Source: Lytechinus pictus
Lineage: Eukaryota
DNA length: 64,000 nt
Reading direction: 5' to 3'
NCBI RefSeq assembly: GCF_037042905.1
Contig: NC_087245.1
Location: 37,078,001-37,142,000, forward strand
The notes under the pieces are model-generated. The model searched no databases. It worked only from the letters and a program-made list of their open reading frames with translations, and was not told where the DNA came from. The translations under genes were made by a program, and so were the position numbers. Of the stretch, positions 13,301 through 26,337 are shown piece after piece; the stretch's first letter is position 1; every line of letters starts with the position of its first letter.

Positions 13301-16300
13301 ATGAGGTCCTCGGTCTCCTGTTGGTTCGCTCTCATCTCCTTGCTCGGCTCTCTGAGATCATCGACGGCCGTGGTTGGAGGCGTGGTCGACTTCGAGTATC
13401 ACGACTACTCCAGTCTATCCTTATCGTTACAAAGGCTAAGAGCGGCACACCCCTCACTTACGAATCTATACACCATTGGCCAATCCGTGAAGGGTAAGAT
13501 CCCGAAGTAGTAGATTAGAGATCGTCTTGACTATACTGCTATTTGTACGTAACAAGGGGTCTGACGACTTTGAGTCCTGTCAGAGGGACCGATGAATGAG
13601 AATGATCATCTCTATGAAAGACATAGTACATTTCATTTACGTATGTAAGGAAAATGGGGAAAAATCCCTGGTGGTATCAAAATATAGAATTACAACCACT
13701 GGTGTATAGATGGGGGGGGGGGCTCCTCCCCCCCCAAAAAAAAGGCAGATAAGGGAGAAGGAAAGAAAGGGGAAAGAGATGACTGAAACATGATCCTAGT
13801 TTATGTCAAAATTTGTCACCAAATAAGATTTCCGGATTAAAAGGGACAAGAGTTTGACTCGCTTCCACTTTTTTTTACAAAATAATTTTGCCTCATACGC
13901 CATATTTTACCCCTTAAAAATATTTAGCTCATTACGCCACTAATTACAATGGTGGTGCACATTCAACGAAGATATACGTATTTATTTAATTTCAAATAAA
14001 AAGGATGAAATATTCGAGATTCATTTATATGCTTTATGAAAAGATGCAAGGAAAGCTGGGCTTACTTGGTATCCTTTGCATACCTGACTTGAGTTAAAGC
14101 CTACACAATCCTTGGCAAAACTTGAAAATATTGGGGCGTTTTATTCGTATCCGATTTCAATGAATTATTTAACTATTGAGATATATTTGATTTCTTCTTG
14201 CATTTCGTAAACTAAACAGTGTTTTAAGTAAAAATATATCTTATTATTGAGATCTTCAGTATGAATTTCATATTTTGATATCAACATTTTTGGTTCCTGT
14301 TTATGATGTTTATCAGTATTATTATTCTCATCTATTTCTTAATTGTTTTATTCATTTTTTTTTTTTTCAGCACGAGAATTATGGGTACTTGCCATAGCCG
14401 GGTCTGACGCTAATAAACACGTGACTGGAAGACCAGAAGCGAAGTATGTGGGCAACATGCATGGCGATGAGGTGAGAACACAATCGAGGTCGAGTTTACG
14501 ATTCACGACGGGAACCTCCTAGACGGCGGCTGACTAGTAAACACAACGAATACCAGTATGCACGCTTCAGGAGTTTTCGCAGAACGACATATTAAAGAAC
14601 ATACCCTTCATGGCAAAGGACGACCAAGAGGTTTTTGTCGAAAATTGGTTTATCAAAATCATTAGTTTAGTCCTTGACTCGGGACAAATGACACATTTGC
14701 GATTTTTCGTCAGGTCCGAAACTTAAGGATGAAACTTTACGACAAAGACCTCTCAACTGTTCTTTGTCATTTGACGGACATTTTCAATACATTTACTGTG
14801 TTCTTGATTACGTCGTGCGCCGTCGAAGCGAAAACTCCCTACTTGCTACTTCAGGGAAATATTCTCTGCTCTCATGATACTGTCTTGAGTTACTATGCAT
14901 ACACTGCAAAAACCCTGGTGTTGACTTAACACCAGCCCGGAATCTATATATGTCCACACCAGAGAAGTATTGAAACTACACAAGTTTGGATTAAAACCGA
15001 TGCTGCAATACTAATTGGTGTTGTATAAACACCTATCTGGTGTTAGACCAAAACGAAACTGGTGTTGTTTAACACTTCTCTGGTGTGGACATATATAGAT
15101 TCCGGGCTGGTGTTAAATCAACACCAGAGTTTTTGCAGTGTAGGGGAAGGCGGGGTAAGTTGTGACACTTTTTGCATTTTGCATGTTAGAATTGATATGA
15201 CTAATAATATTGTAGAAATAAGTACCTTGCCTTTAAATTTGATTCTTGGGAAATATTTTTCACCTATATATAACCTTCTACCCCCACACTGAAATTCATT
15301 GTGACCTTTGAAAAAAAACGATGTCAAATGTCTCAACTTGCCCCATATGTAGGGTAAGTTGTGCCACCTTCTGGGGTAAGTTGAGCCACAAAAACTATGT
15401 ACAAAATGTATGCAGGAAGAAGCAGCATGTCAATTTTTTATTTCAAGCCTTTTCACTTGCTAATTCTCTATAAATACTAACATCCTCTAAAAGTAAAAGA
15501 ACTGTCGTGTGACTTTACACCTTTCTGCCTGCATATCAATGGCTTTTCAAGTTTTTTTTATTTTTCATTCTTATTACCATAAGAATTACCATGGCTCAAC
15601 TTGCCCCAAGTTGGCTGGCTCAAAGTACCCCAGTCCGAACTTAATGCGATATTTTCACATCCACACATTTCTTATGCATCCATCATTTAAAAGACTATGA
15701 CAAGAATGAAGATCCATACCTGGACTAACAATATTGTTCTTATTTCTTTATTATATTTAAAGACGTGTGTGGGTAAAAAGCACTCCTCTATTTTACACCC
15801 TTTTTGTCTCACCTGCATAGCAGAGTGAGACTATAGGCGCCGCTTTTCCGACGGCGACGGCGGCGGCGGCGGCGACGGCGACGGCGGCGGCGGCGTCAAC
15901 ACCAAATCTTAACCTGAGGTTAAGTTTGTGAAATGACAGCATGACTTAGAAAGTATATGGACCTAGTTCATGAAACTTGGCCATAAGGTTAATCAAGTAT
16001 TACTGAACATCCTGCCTGAGTTTCATGTCACATGACCAAGGTCAAAGGTCATTTAGGGTCAATGAACTTAGACCATGTTGGGGGGATCAACATCAAAATC
16101 TTAACCTAAGGTTAAGTTTTTGAAATGTCATCATAACTTAGAAAATATATGGACCTAGTTCATGAAACTTATACATAAGGTTAATCAAGTATCACTGAAC
16201 ATCCTGCATGAGTTTCACATCACATGACCAAGGTCAAAGGTCATTTAGGGTCAATGAACTTTGGCCGAATTGGGGGTATCTGTTGAATTACCATCATAAC

Positions 16301-17422
16301 TTTGAAAGTTTATGGATCTGATTCATGAAACTTGGACATAATAGTAATCAAGTATTACTGAACATCCTGTGCAAGTTTCAGGTCACATGATCAAGGTCAA
16401 AGGTCATTTAGGGTCAATGAACTTTGGCCAAATTGGGGTATTTGTTGAATTACAGCCATAAATTTGAAAGTGTGTTGGTCTAGTTCATAAAACTTGGACA
16501 TAATAGTAATCAAGTATCACTGAACATCCTGTGCGAGTTTCAGGTCACATGATCAAGGTCAAAGGTCATGTAAGGTCAAAGAACTTTGGCCACGTTGGGG
16601 GTATTTGTTGAATTGCCATCATATCTCTATAAGTGTATTGGTCTAGTTCATAAAACGTGGAAATAAGAGTAACCAAGTATCACTGAACATCTTGTGCGAG
16701 TTATAGTAGTTTTCAAAATCAGCACTGCTGCTATATTGAATCGCGTGATGCAGGTGAGACGGCCAGAGGCATTCCACTTGTTTTACTTTTTTGGCTGAAA
16801 TCTGTATTTTTCCGTCTAAAAAAGTACTTATTGTTTCAAAGTAAAAAACAATATGGTCGGGTAAAGGGTTATGTAATGGGTCGTCAATACATGACACCAC
16901 CACAATGTCTGACTCATTCATTATTGGCCTGGGGGTGGTGGCTCAACTTGCCCCTATGCTCAACTTACCCCGCCTTCCCCTACCGTCGGGAACTGTTCAG
17001 AGAACCACCGATGCTGTCTTGCCTGCATGGATAATGTCATGAAAAACAGGAGAATGGCGTGCGGTAGCATTCATACGCAAATAGAGTATTCGATTGTGTT
17101 TTCATTGTTCTCTGGCTACCTATCAGGAAGATTCCTATCTGAATCGTAAAGTCCATATTCAGATTTTAAATTGAACACTCGTGTACAGTAAGGCAGTAAG
17201 GTATAGCCGAGGTAGTGATATTTTTCCTCATCAAATGAAAGTAAAAGGTGATTATTTGCTTTATATTCCACATTGGAAACTGTCAAATCATCTAATGTAA
17301 TCCTCACCATCATCACCGTCGTTAATATGATGATGGTCATCATCATCATCACCACCATCATCACCATCAACATCGTCACCGTCATCATCATCATCATCAC
17401 TATCATCATCATCATCATCATC

Positions 17423-17453
<31 letters not shown>

Positions 17454-20400
17454 CCAGCGTCACCATCATCACCACCACCGTCACCACCATCATCATCATG
17501 ATCATGATCATCATAATTATCATTATCGCCATGACCATCATCATCGTCATCATCACCACAATATCAACGTTTTGATGATTAGCTTTGATACATCGTCAAA
17601 ATCATAATACCGCATACTTATTTACGTGGATTTTTACAGGTAATTGGACGAGAAATGTTGCTTCATTTCGCCGACTGGCTTCTAATGGAATATGAGAGTG
17701 GAGAAAACATAGAAGTGGCAAGGTTTCTAGACTCAACCAGACTTCATATTCTAGTTTCAATGAACCCTGATGGGTTTGAAGATGCGAGAGAAAATGATAA
17801 TTGCAGAAGTTTTACCGGAAGGTGAGTGTCTTCAGGCCTATTTTTCTGATTTTAATCACCCTCTAGGCGTCTGCTTTCAAGTTCTATCACCAAATTTTCA
17901 TTGTTTGACTGATTATAATTCCATGAATACGAGGTACGAAATAAATTAGAAATTATCAATTTGTCTAAAAATTGTGTATTTTTCTTAGTTTACTTATTTT
18001 AATACACCTCATACACACCGGTCACGTCAAATACACCCTAATAAGCCTAAGGTAGATTTAACAAATTAACATGATTAGTGACCTTATCACCTTCTTTTAA
18101 CCGATGTCTTCTTTCTCACATATTATTTTTCGCTGATGTAGTGCCATGCCAAATGAACTTATTATTCAAGCGATTCGGACGAACATTTGGGCACCAAAAC
18201 TTTTCAAATATACCATAGAATAAAAAATTGGGAATAATTATCAACTTCATTAACAAGCTACCCATCTACGTTCTTTTTGGATGATTATAATGATAGGAAT
18301 AATATATAGATTTTGACAGAGGATACAAAGCTTAACCATTATTACTCCGGCTTTAGCTCGTGCTACTGCCTTTTCAAAATCGCTCAGTGTATTCAAGGAA
18401 TTAATCCTACCGGGTACCCATTCACCCCACCTGGGTTGCGTGCAGCACAATATGGTAAATTTCTTGCTGAAGGAAAATGCGCCATGCCTCCGCGTGTTAC
18501 TCTCAGAACTCATCATTTTTATTCAAATTAAAAGATCTACGACATTAAAAAACGAAATCTGTCACGTTGAGGGTAAAACCACCACCGCGGCGCGCCGTTC
18601 TGATCAAAATGAAATTTCGTTGATATAACAACCATCTTGTGATGACCCCCCCCCCCTTTTTTTTTTTTTATTCTCTCTGCATATCTAGGACAAACGACCT
18701 CGGCTTCGATCTGAATCGGAACTTTCCAGATTATTTCGAGAAGAATAAATATGAGATTCAAGTTGAGACACAGGCAATCATCGACTGGGTCGCTGGTTTA
18801 CAATTTGTACTATCAGCTAACCTTCATGGGGGCGCACTGGTTGCAAACTACCCGTACGATAATATTGACCCGGGTAAGTTAACCAGGGAAACTGCGTAAA
18901 ATTGAGAACAAAGACTTAAAATGGGATAAATCAAATGTATTCAAAATAACTATAACGTGTATAATGTCTCGAAAAAGGACTGACAACGAAGGGGTTGATA
19001 AGTTTCTGAATACCACGAAAAAACCAAACTAACACAAGATTTTATTGTAGGACAAATGTGCTTTTTGTGTTTTTCCTTTCCTGGGATTTTGTTATCGTTC
19101 AGAGGTGAAATTCATACCAGCTAAATATATCAAAGTTAGTATCAATTTGTACTTTGACTGAAAATAACAAAAGATTCTGGAATGATGTATTCAGTCAGAA
19201 GAGATATTTCGTGATATACATTTCCATTATTTTAAATATTGTTTGGAAAGATTTCTATCATGTTTATGAGTTCTTTAATCACCCATATGAAAAAAATAGT
19301 TACACAGTATACAATAAAATATACAATAAAATGTAATTTAAAAAAAGGTTGAACATATTTCAAATGTCATATTGTTCGTGACCAAATAATCATATTTTTC
19401 AGACATAAAGAAAGACAATACATCGATATACAGCCCCAGTCCTGATGATGATATTTACCGTTACCTAGCAACCGTGTATTCGTATAACCACCGGAAGATG
19501 CACATTCTCAATGAAACCAAATGTAATGGCGGATTTGCCGGATTCGAAGATGGCATCACGAACGGAGCCGAGTGGTATATCGCAGTTGGTAAGTGGATTT
19601 ATTTGCTTTATTAGGGTGAGGTGATTCCAGTCATCACTACTAAATTGGTAAACAGTGAAGATAGATGGAAAATAATATTTCACATCGGCACACTGAAAGA
19701 CGTTGAAGTGATAAATTTGAAAGTTTTGAAGTACTTGCAATCTTATTAAGCCTATACAAGAGAGAGAGGTGCTTTCTGGCGTATATCACTGCAAAAACTC
19801 CGGTGTTGATTTAACACCAGCCCGGAATCTACATATGTCCACACCAGAGAAGTGTTGAAACAACAACAGTTTGTAATCAAACAGATGCTGTTTTGATACT
19901 AATTGGTGTTGTATAAACACCTATCTAGTGTTTGGCAAAAAACCGAACTGGTGTGGACGTATATAGATACTGGGCTTGTGTTAAATCAACACTGGTGTTT
20001 TTGGAGTGTAACATCTTAGCACCCACACCAGAGATTTAATCATGAAAGGCAAAATGTGTCGCTTACTGCATATTTGATTGAAAAGTGTTTTTTATGTTGA
20101 TTATGTGTACTGGAACCATCAAAAAATGTCTGAAATTGATAATGTTTAGGAGTTTCATTGGTCCTCAAAACATAAGAAAACATCCAGCAAATCAATTGAA
20201 AAGAATTTAGAAGTTAAGGAAGAGGTTAACCATGAGTTATGGGTTTGCATTCGAAATGTCGCATATATGTATTGAATATGATTTAGATGTTTATAGTATT
20301 TCATTATTTTGGCTACCCATTTAAATTTCTCGCCATTTTGTTTGAATCCACCCTACTAGGCGGGATGCAGGACTATAATTACATTTTTGCTGGGTGTATG

Positions 20401-23195
20401 GAAATCACTTTGGAGATCAGCTGCTGCAAGTATCCTCTTGCTGCTGAGCTACCAGAATACTGGGAAGACAATAGAGCTGCTCTCATGGAATACATCAAAC
20501 AGGTCCATAGAGGTAAGAGAATAACCAATCCCCCCTAACTGTCCCCATCTGTCTCTATTAAAAACTTTTCCTATCATTTTGTTTACAATTATACTGACAT
20601 GAAAGACGGGTGGTTTTAAGCAGCGTTTGAATGCATAAAGAGATAGGTATATCGCTAAACAGATAATGTGAGCGCGAAGCGCGAGCTGAATTCTCTAGGT
20701 ATACTGACTTGCAATTTTTTTTGTAAGCATGAGTATGATGTGTATCTCACGCTAAACAAATAATGTAGTTGAAGACTGCAAGCTGAAATGTAATTTGATA
20801 TAATGACCTGAAAAACGAACATTTTAAAGCGCTTTTTGTAATTATGAATTCGGTACGAATGTCACTGTAGGAGTAAGCCTCCTTATAAAGGAAATTTTCG
20901 GGCTATTGTGCAAATTCATGAACAGGATATGCATTTCAGTAAAACCTAAAAATATGAATGCGAAGCACGAGCTGCGTGAATCTTTTGTAACGAAAACGGA
21001 CATTTAAATCATGTCGTGAATATATAGGATGCGTATCTTACGAAACGAACTAATGAAAGTGTGAAGCGCAAACTTAAATTTCCGTTTTTATTGACTTGAG
21101 AACGAGACGCTATAAGCTAGTATGTATCTCCACTAATTTTCTTTAATTTAAATGATAATAATGAAGAGTATTTCTAAAGTTCCAAATCAACATGGATATA
21201 TTCTTCCTCCTTTTATTTTTCTATCCTTTTCTTTCTCTTACCCTTTCTTGTAGGCTTTCCTTTCCTTTATCTTATTCATTTCTTATTCGCCAGTCACTCA
21301 CCTTTTTTTCTCTCTTTTCTCTGCACCTCCGATAAGGGGCCGCTAATAAATTTATTTGGTACAAGAGGAGGCAAGGGTTTTTATACTCTTAGATTCACAA
21401 TTTTGTCAAGAAAGTGAACGACTGATATTTCTTCCCTTACACTCTCTGTCTTTAATTCGGTCAGTCATTTTCTTTTATTCTTCCTCTTATCTTTTTCCTT
21501 TCTCTGTTTATTCCCTTTCCTTTCCTTTCCTTTTCTCTCTGTTTCTCCTTCCTTCCTTTCTTCTCTCCTTTCCGATTCGTATCCTTCTATTTCTCTCTCT
21601 CACCCCCTTCATTTTCTTTACCATTTCCCTTCCCCTTCCCTCCTTTTTTTTGGAGGGGAGGGGTCACTCGGCCCCCATGGATCCGCGCCCGTCCTGGTGG
21701 ATGTTTCATAAAGCTGTTCGTAAGTTAAGAGCGACTTTAAGAACGACTGGTGATCCTTTCTTGTGGAAAATGGTATATTCATTGGCGATGGTTTAGCGCG
21801 TAAGAAAGGATCACCAGTCGTCCTTAAAGTCGCTCTTAACATACGAACAGCTTTATGAAACGGCCCCCAGGTCCCACTGGCCACCTTTACGATACCTACC
21901 AATCACTTGGTCGATATACAATATCATATTGTTTCCCATCTGCATACCGTCACGTTTGCCTTTTTCTTTGTTAATAGGTGTAAAAGGAATTGTTCGGAAT
22001 GAGGAAGGGAATCCCTTGGAGGGTGCTGAAGTTATGATAGTTGGTCGAGATATACCCCACTATACCACCTACGAGGGGGAGTTCTGGAGGATACTACTCC
22101 CCGGCTCATACGAATTACAGGTATATATATATACTACTTTCACTGCAGTGGTATATACTAAAATTGAAATATTGACTGCATTTAGCCAATTGACAAGGTC
22201 GACAACCTAACCTACCAATTTTCTATTAAACAAAATTACCACAATTACACCTTAAATGAACAAGGGTCGTGTGGTCCAGTGGTTAGAGCATTGGACCCAT
22301 AATCGCAAGGTTGTGAGTTCAAATCCCCACTGTGCCATTGTCTCCACTTTGTTAAAAAGGCCCGGGTCTAATATCTGTCGTCTATAAGGCCAGCCATAAT
22401 GACTGATTAACCTAGACGTAAAAAATGTCTCTATTGGTAATTGGTTATAAATATACCAGCTTGGCGTTTACCAGCAAAATGCTGTCCTGACGAGTTCCTA
22501 CGGGGGTTAACATAAACAGAACAGAAACAAGATGAACGAGGATTATTTTAACCATCATTTGGTATTACCATTTATCAATGAACCTAAAAGGTTGGCTAAA
22601 AATATTCGGGAGTTGATGAAGATTATATGATGAAATGAAACCACAAAAAATCTACGTTGTCAACTTTGTCAAGGTGTGAATGATTGAATGAAAAAAAGCA
22701 AGTTTTGTAAACTTTCACTTCACTTTTTTATCTTTTTGTTTTCGTTGTCCGGTAAATCTGATATTCTTTAAAATAATTTGCCTTTGACTTGACGGAACAA
22801 GCGGTATAAGGAATCCATATTTCCCTTCACTTCTCGTCCCAAATTTATGAATGTTCCCACCTTTCTGTATACATAAACGACATTTATTTTTATCGTAATG
22901 TGAATTCTCTAATTAATAATATACTTTAAAAAAAAAATTATTTGCGTCGCCAAATTCGGTTTGTTTATAGTTGATTCTTTGCAAACATAATTTGTTCTCC
23001 CCACAGGTTAGCATGGAAGGCTACATTACATGGACGAGTTCGTTTCGAGTTGATAACTACATCTATAACGTTAAAGAGCTGGATGTCAACATGGAAAGGG
23101 TAGATGACGGCTCGGGAACGGCTCCGCCCAAGATGCAGGCATCCCTTGTCGCCATGGTGATGGCTTCGCTTCTCGGCTTAATATGGCACCTTTGA
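13301..23195 (+). CDS. CPM: Carboxypeptidase M-like zinc metallocarboxypeptidase (M14B), 8 coding exons, 443 aa, predicted GPI-anchored
   Basis: Exons 13301-13493, 14371-14471, 17640-17821, 18689-18873, 19403-19588, 20360-20512, 21978-22120, 23007-23195. All are GT-AG with matching phases and total 1332 nt. Motifs: signal peptide [26 protein letters not shown] (Zn ligands; HGDE as in CPM), [62 protein letters not shown] (catalytic Glu), transthyretin-like domain [12 protein letters not shown], and C-terminal DDGSG+hydrophobic tail. An acceptor at 13255 implies an upstream non-coding exon. Confidence 0.92.
13697..13942. mobile_element. Small non-autonomous hAT-like element
   Basis: cactggtgta...ttacgccacta termini with near-perfect 8-bp TSD attacaac/attacaat. 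Confidence 0.6.
14902..15140. mobile_element. TA-CACTG palindromic MITE (CMC/EnSpm-like)
   Basis: CACTGCAAAAACCCTGGTGTTGA...TCAACACCAGAGTTTTTGCAGTG with TA flanks. Second copy at 19787-20010. Confidence 0.85.
15143..16980. mobile_element. TA-flanked non-autonomous DNA transposon (GGGGAAGGCGGGGTAAGTTG TIR) containing a nested element
   Basis: Perfect TIRs with TA on both sides. A deleted copy is at 63071-63535. Confidence 0.85.
15801..16782 (+). mobile_element. Helentron/DINE-1/pearl-like non-autonomous element with internal tandem repeats
   Basis: T-rich insertion site, subterminal inverted repeat GTCTCACCTGCA/TGCAGGTGAGAC, (GGC)n microsatellite, 4-5 internal repeats of ~160-190 bp, 3' end CTTGTT. 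A near-identical copy is at 50702-51655. Confidence 0.8.
17303..17560. repeat. (ATC/ACC)n microsatellite
   Basis: Directly visible. Confidence 0.95.
18330..18500 (-). mobile_element. SINE fragment (same family as 52995-53300)
   Basis: The reverse complement matches the core gtgctgcac..acccaggtg..gtgaatgggtacc and ctaaagccgg.gtaataat. Confidence 0.7.
19787..20010. mobile_element. CACTG MITE, second copy
   Basis: High similarity to 14902-15140. Confidence 0.8.
21695..21870. mobile_element. Palindromic Harbinger-like MITE
   Basis: ~70-bp near-perfect inverted arms gtttcataaagctgttcgta...tacgaacagctttatgaaac. Confidence 0.8.
22264..22530 (+). mobile_element. tRNA-derived SINE
   Basis: gtggtccagtggttagagc (A box), gagttcaaatcc (B box), tail (aacag)n. 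A related reverse head is at ~45890-45957. Confidence 0.7.
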
Positions 23196-24870
23196 CACCA
23201 TTAGGTATATGCTCGGGACGATACTCACTCTCTGATGACTGTGACGACAAATTAGTTTTCAGCTGCAAAATTATCACCTTAAAATGATTGTCATTATGCG
23301 CGCGGACATTAAAAAAAACATAGCAATTGGTCGACATGGCGTGAAGGAAGATTGCAGTGGTTGCGTCAATGGATAATTATTTTTGACAATTCTGCCTTTC
23401 TGATTGGACAAAATTACCTCCGTATCTTGTATTTCTCTTAGCCTGGACTGTGTGAATGAATTATTGTTGATCTTAATCGTTAAAGGAGTACTAAAGGCTC
23501 TCATATGAAAATCAGCCATGTTTCCTATGTAAAATTGCGATTCAACTGATTTGAGGTTGTCGAAACGATACTTATTTTGAGCTATTAAGTATCTTGTGTC
23601 CGGAAATTATTTCAAGCGGCGCCTGATACTGTGAAAATGACTTGATTGTATAGAGTCCAAGCGCTCATAACTTAAACAAATTACGCGGTATAGTCATGGA
23701 GCCACAAAAAGGGGGGGGGGGGCGGGGGCAAGCAGTGGGGTGAGAGAGGAGGGAAAAGGAAACAGAGGGAGGAAAGGGAATACAAGGTAAGAAGAATAAT
23801 ACATTGAAAGGTCTGGGCCTTTTCGCTCTAAAACGCCATCCCATTCAAATATCCTGTCGTCTCTTATAAGCATATAAATTTTCCTTGACGCAAGCTAAAC
23901 GCAAACGTTCTGCCCCTTACAATAATGATGACGCAGGCAGATGAAAGTGCGCCGTTGTCATCGACTGGGGAGCGCCTTATTAACATTAACATCCGACAAG
24001 TCGACAGATCTGACAACTTTTCCATGATTTTGATTGGTTGAAAAGCACTGTTGCCATGGAAACTGCCGGATAAAACAGGACTTGTCGGTTAAATCATCCG
24101 ACGTGCGGGTCATTTTCATTAAAACGATCCCTTCCCCTGATGACGCGAACCACTCTGAATACGCTCCGGGAATCATAGTACTTTTTGTGTTCAACCGACA
24201 GTCGATTTGGACTTATTTTAAATCCATGACATGTCTATAGAGAGAGAGAGTGTGTACAACAAAAGTAGGAAGGATAGAAGAGATTTCATGCATTAGAATT
24301 GAAACTTGATTTATGAAACGAATGACGTTCTGTGCATAATGATATGGCGTGTATAATGACCTCTTACCTTGCCAAATATAAAGTTCGCCAATAACAATGA
24401 TCCAAAATTTTTGTTTGAAATAAATCAATTTAGCACTACGGTGTTTCATATTAGTATACCGACTTAATATGAATATAATTTTGACACATTTTCATCAAAA
24501 TGGTGCCGAGATTGAGATTTTTTCCAGAGTATAATGGAGTAATTATTTTATTTTGATATACATATTATAGTATAGTCTAATTGGGTGTTGCAAGAAATTT
24601 GAGTTACAATTGATTGCAAATCAATTGCAATATGTTTTTAATCGGAAGACCGATGCTTAATTTGGAGTTGCCCTCGATTTGTGATCAATCATCACAAGTT
24701 TCTTGCAACGCCCAATTGCAGTATTTCTTTTCTACAACTCCTCGCATTTCTTCTTCATATTATTTCACTATCCACTCACCTCATCTTTTTTATAATTCCA
24801 ACATCTTGTCTTTTTCTGACTGCCCCCCCCCCCTCTCTCTCTCTCTCTCCCGTTCACCCTCTCCCCTTTC

Positions 24871-26337
24871 CACTGGCGTAAATCCCGGGGGGGATGGGGG
24901 GGATATATCCCCCCCACTTTTCGAGGAGGGGGGGATGGCCTGTACAAACATCCCCCCCACGTTTTACGAAAGAAATGGAAAAAAATCACAAGAGATAATT
25001 GTTTTATTGGTGAAAATTCTTCCAAAAATACCGCTTAACAAATAAAATAATATTATTGAATCATAAGATACAAATAAAGAGCCAGTTCACCATTTCCAAA
25101 CGAAATACTTATGTCCTTATTATAACATTGAAGAGAAACCCCCGTTTCTTCCAATTCATCAATGTTGGGGTCTTTGGGAAGGGATTAAGATGGAATGTCA
25201 AAAATTTGTTGAATGTAATCTCTAATAAAACCATTAAACCATCATGTGGTAAAAAAGATAATAATATTGGAGGGGTATTTGTCATATGGACATACAGTGG
25301 CGTAACTACGGGGGACATGGGGGGCACATCCCCCCCCCCCCCCCCCATCGGCTGACAAAAAAAACGGGGAAAGGGGGGAAAGGAGAAAAGAGGGAGAAAG
25401 GAAGAGAAACGTAGTGGGAAAGAAGAAAATATCATTCATTAGAATGTTATATTATATTATAACTATGTTAAGTTACATTACATAAGAAACATTTTTATCA
25501 TAACTTTATGAAACATAAATTGCACAGGGCCTACGTCTTCATTGTTCCTGGTGCTCGCATTGTCTGTTTAACGAGATATATAATCCTGTTGTACTAAAAC
25601 ATCCCGTTTTCAAGTCAATATAAACCAAATATATTTCCTAGCACTTGAGTTATCATTGTTTTATGTAGTGACATATGCTTCTTTTTCATGACTCAAAAGT
25701 GATTGCCCCATGTTAAGGTCTTCGTATATATGAAACATTTCCTGTCCGTGATTACGTTCGCATTAGTGGATTGGTGAGATATGTCTGCTCTTCATGAATT
25801 CCTAAAATCAGTCCTTAAAATGTCCCTTCTTCTGATCTGAATATCAAAAATTTTCAGCTCGCGCTTCGCGCTCGCACCATTTGGTTAATGAAATACGTAT
25901 GGTCCTAGTTAATTCCTACAAAGAAACCTTACAATGCCCCACTTCAGAAGTTCAGGTCTGAATTATCTAAGTTTTCAGCTCGCGCTCGCATTGTTAAGCG
26001 AGACAGGTACCTATCATGATTACACAAATTTGATTATAATGTCCCTTTTTAGGTGTGAAAATAAAAAAAATTCAGCTCGCGCTTCGCGCTCGCATTATTT
26101 GATCAGTGAGATACATATCCGTTTAATGACATTGTCCTTAAAATGCCTCTATTAGGTCACTCACTCAGTCATTCAAAAATTTTGCTGGTGCCCCCCCCCC
26201 CCCCAATGCCGTGACCCACGGTCGCCACTGTGGACATATCAATGACAATTCCTTGCATATCTAAAAACATGATTGCAAAAAAATGCCAAAATATTTCAGT
26301 TATCCCCCCCACCCATCAACACGGATTTACGCCAGTG
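24871..26337. mobile_element. Non-autonomous hAT-type element (outer)
   Basis: TIR CACTGGCGTAAATCC/GGATTTACGCCAGTG, perfect 8-bp TSD CCCCTTTC. Confidence 0.88.
25295..26230. mobile_element. Non-autonomous hAT-type element (nested, inner)
   Basis: TIR CAGTGGCG/CGCCACTG, perfect 8-bp TSD TGGACATA, internal ttcagctcgcgcttcgcgctcgca repeats. Confidence 0.88.

Noticed and set aside
17243..17279. 37-bp near-identity with 63866-63901
   Set aside because: Most simply fragments of a dispersed repeat; no further structure is visible.
17116..17575. M/V- and I/T-rich ORFs
   Set aside because: (ATC/ACC)n microsatellite in a CPM intron.
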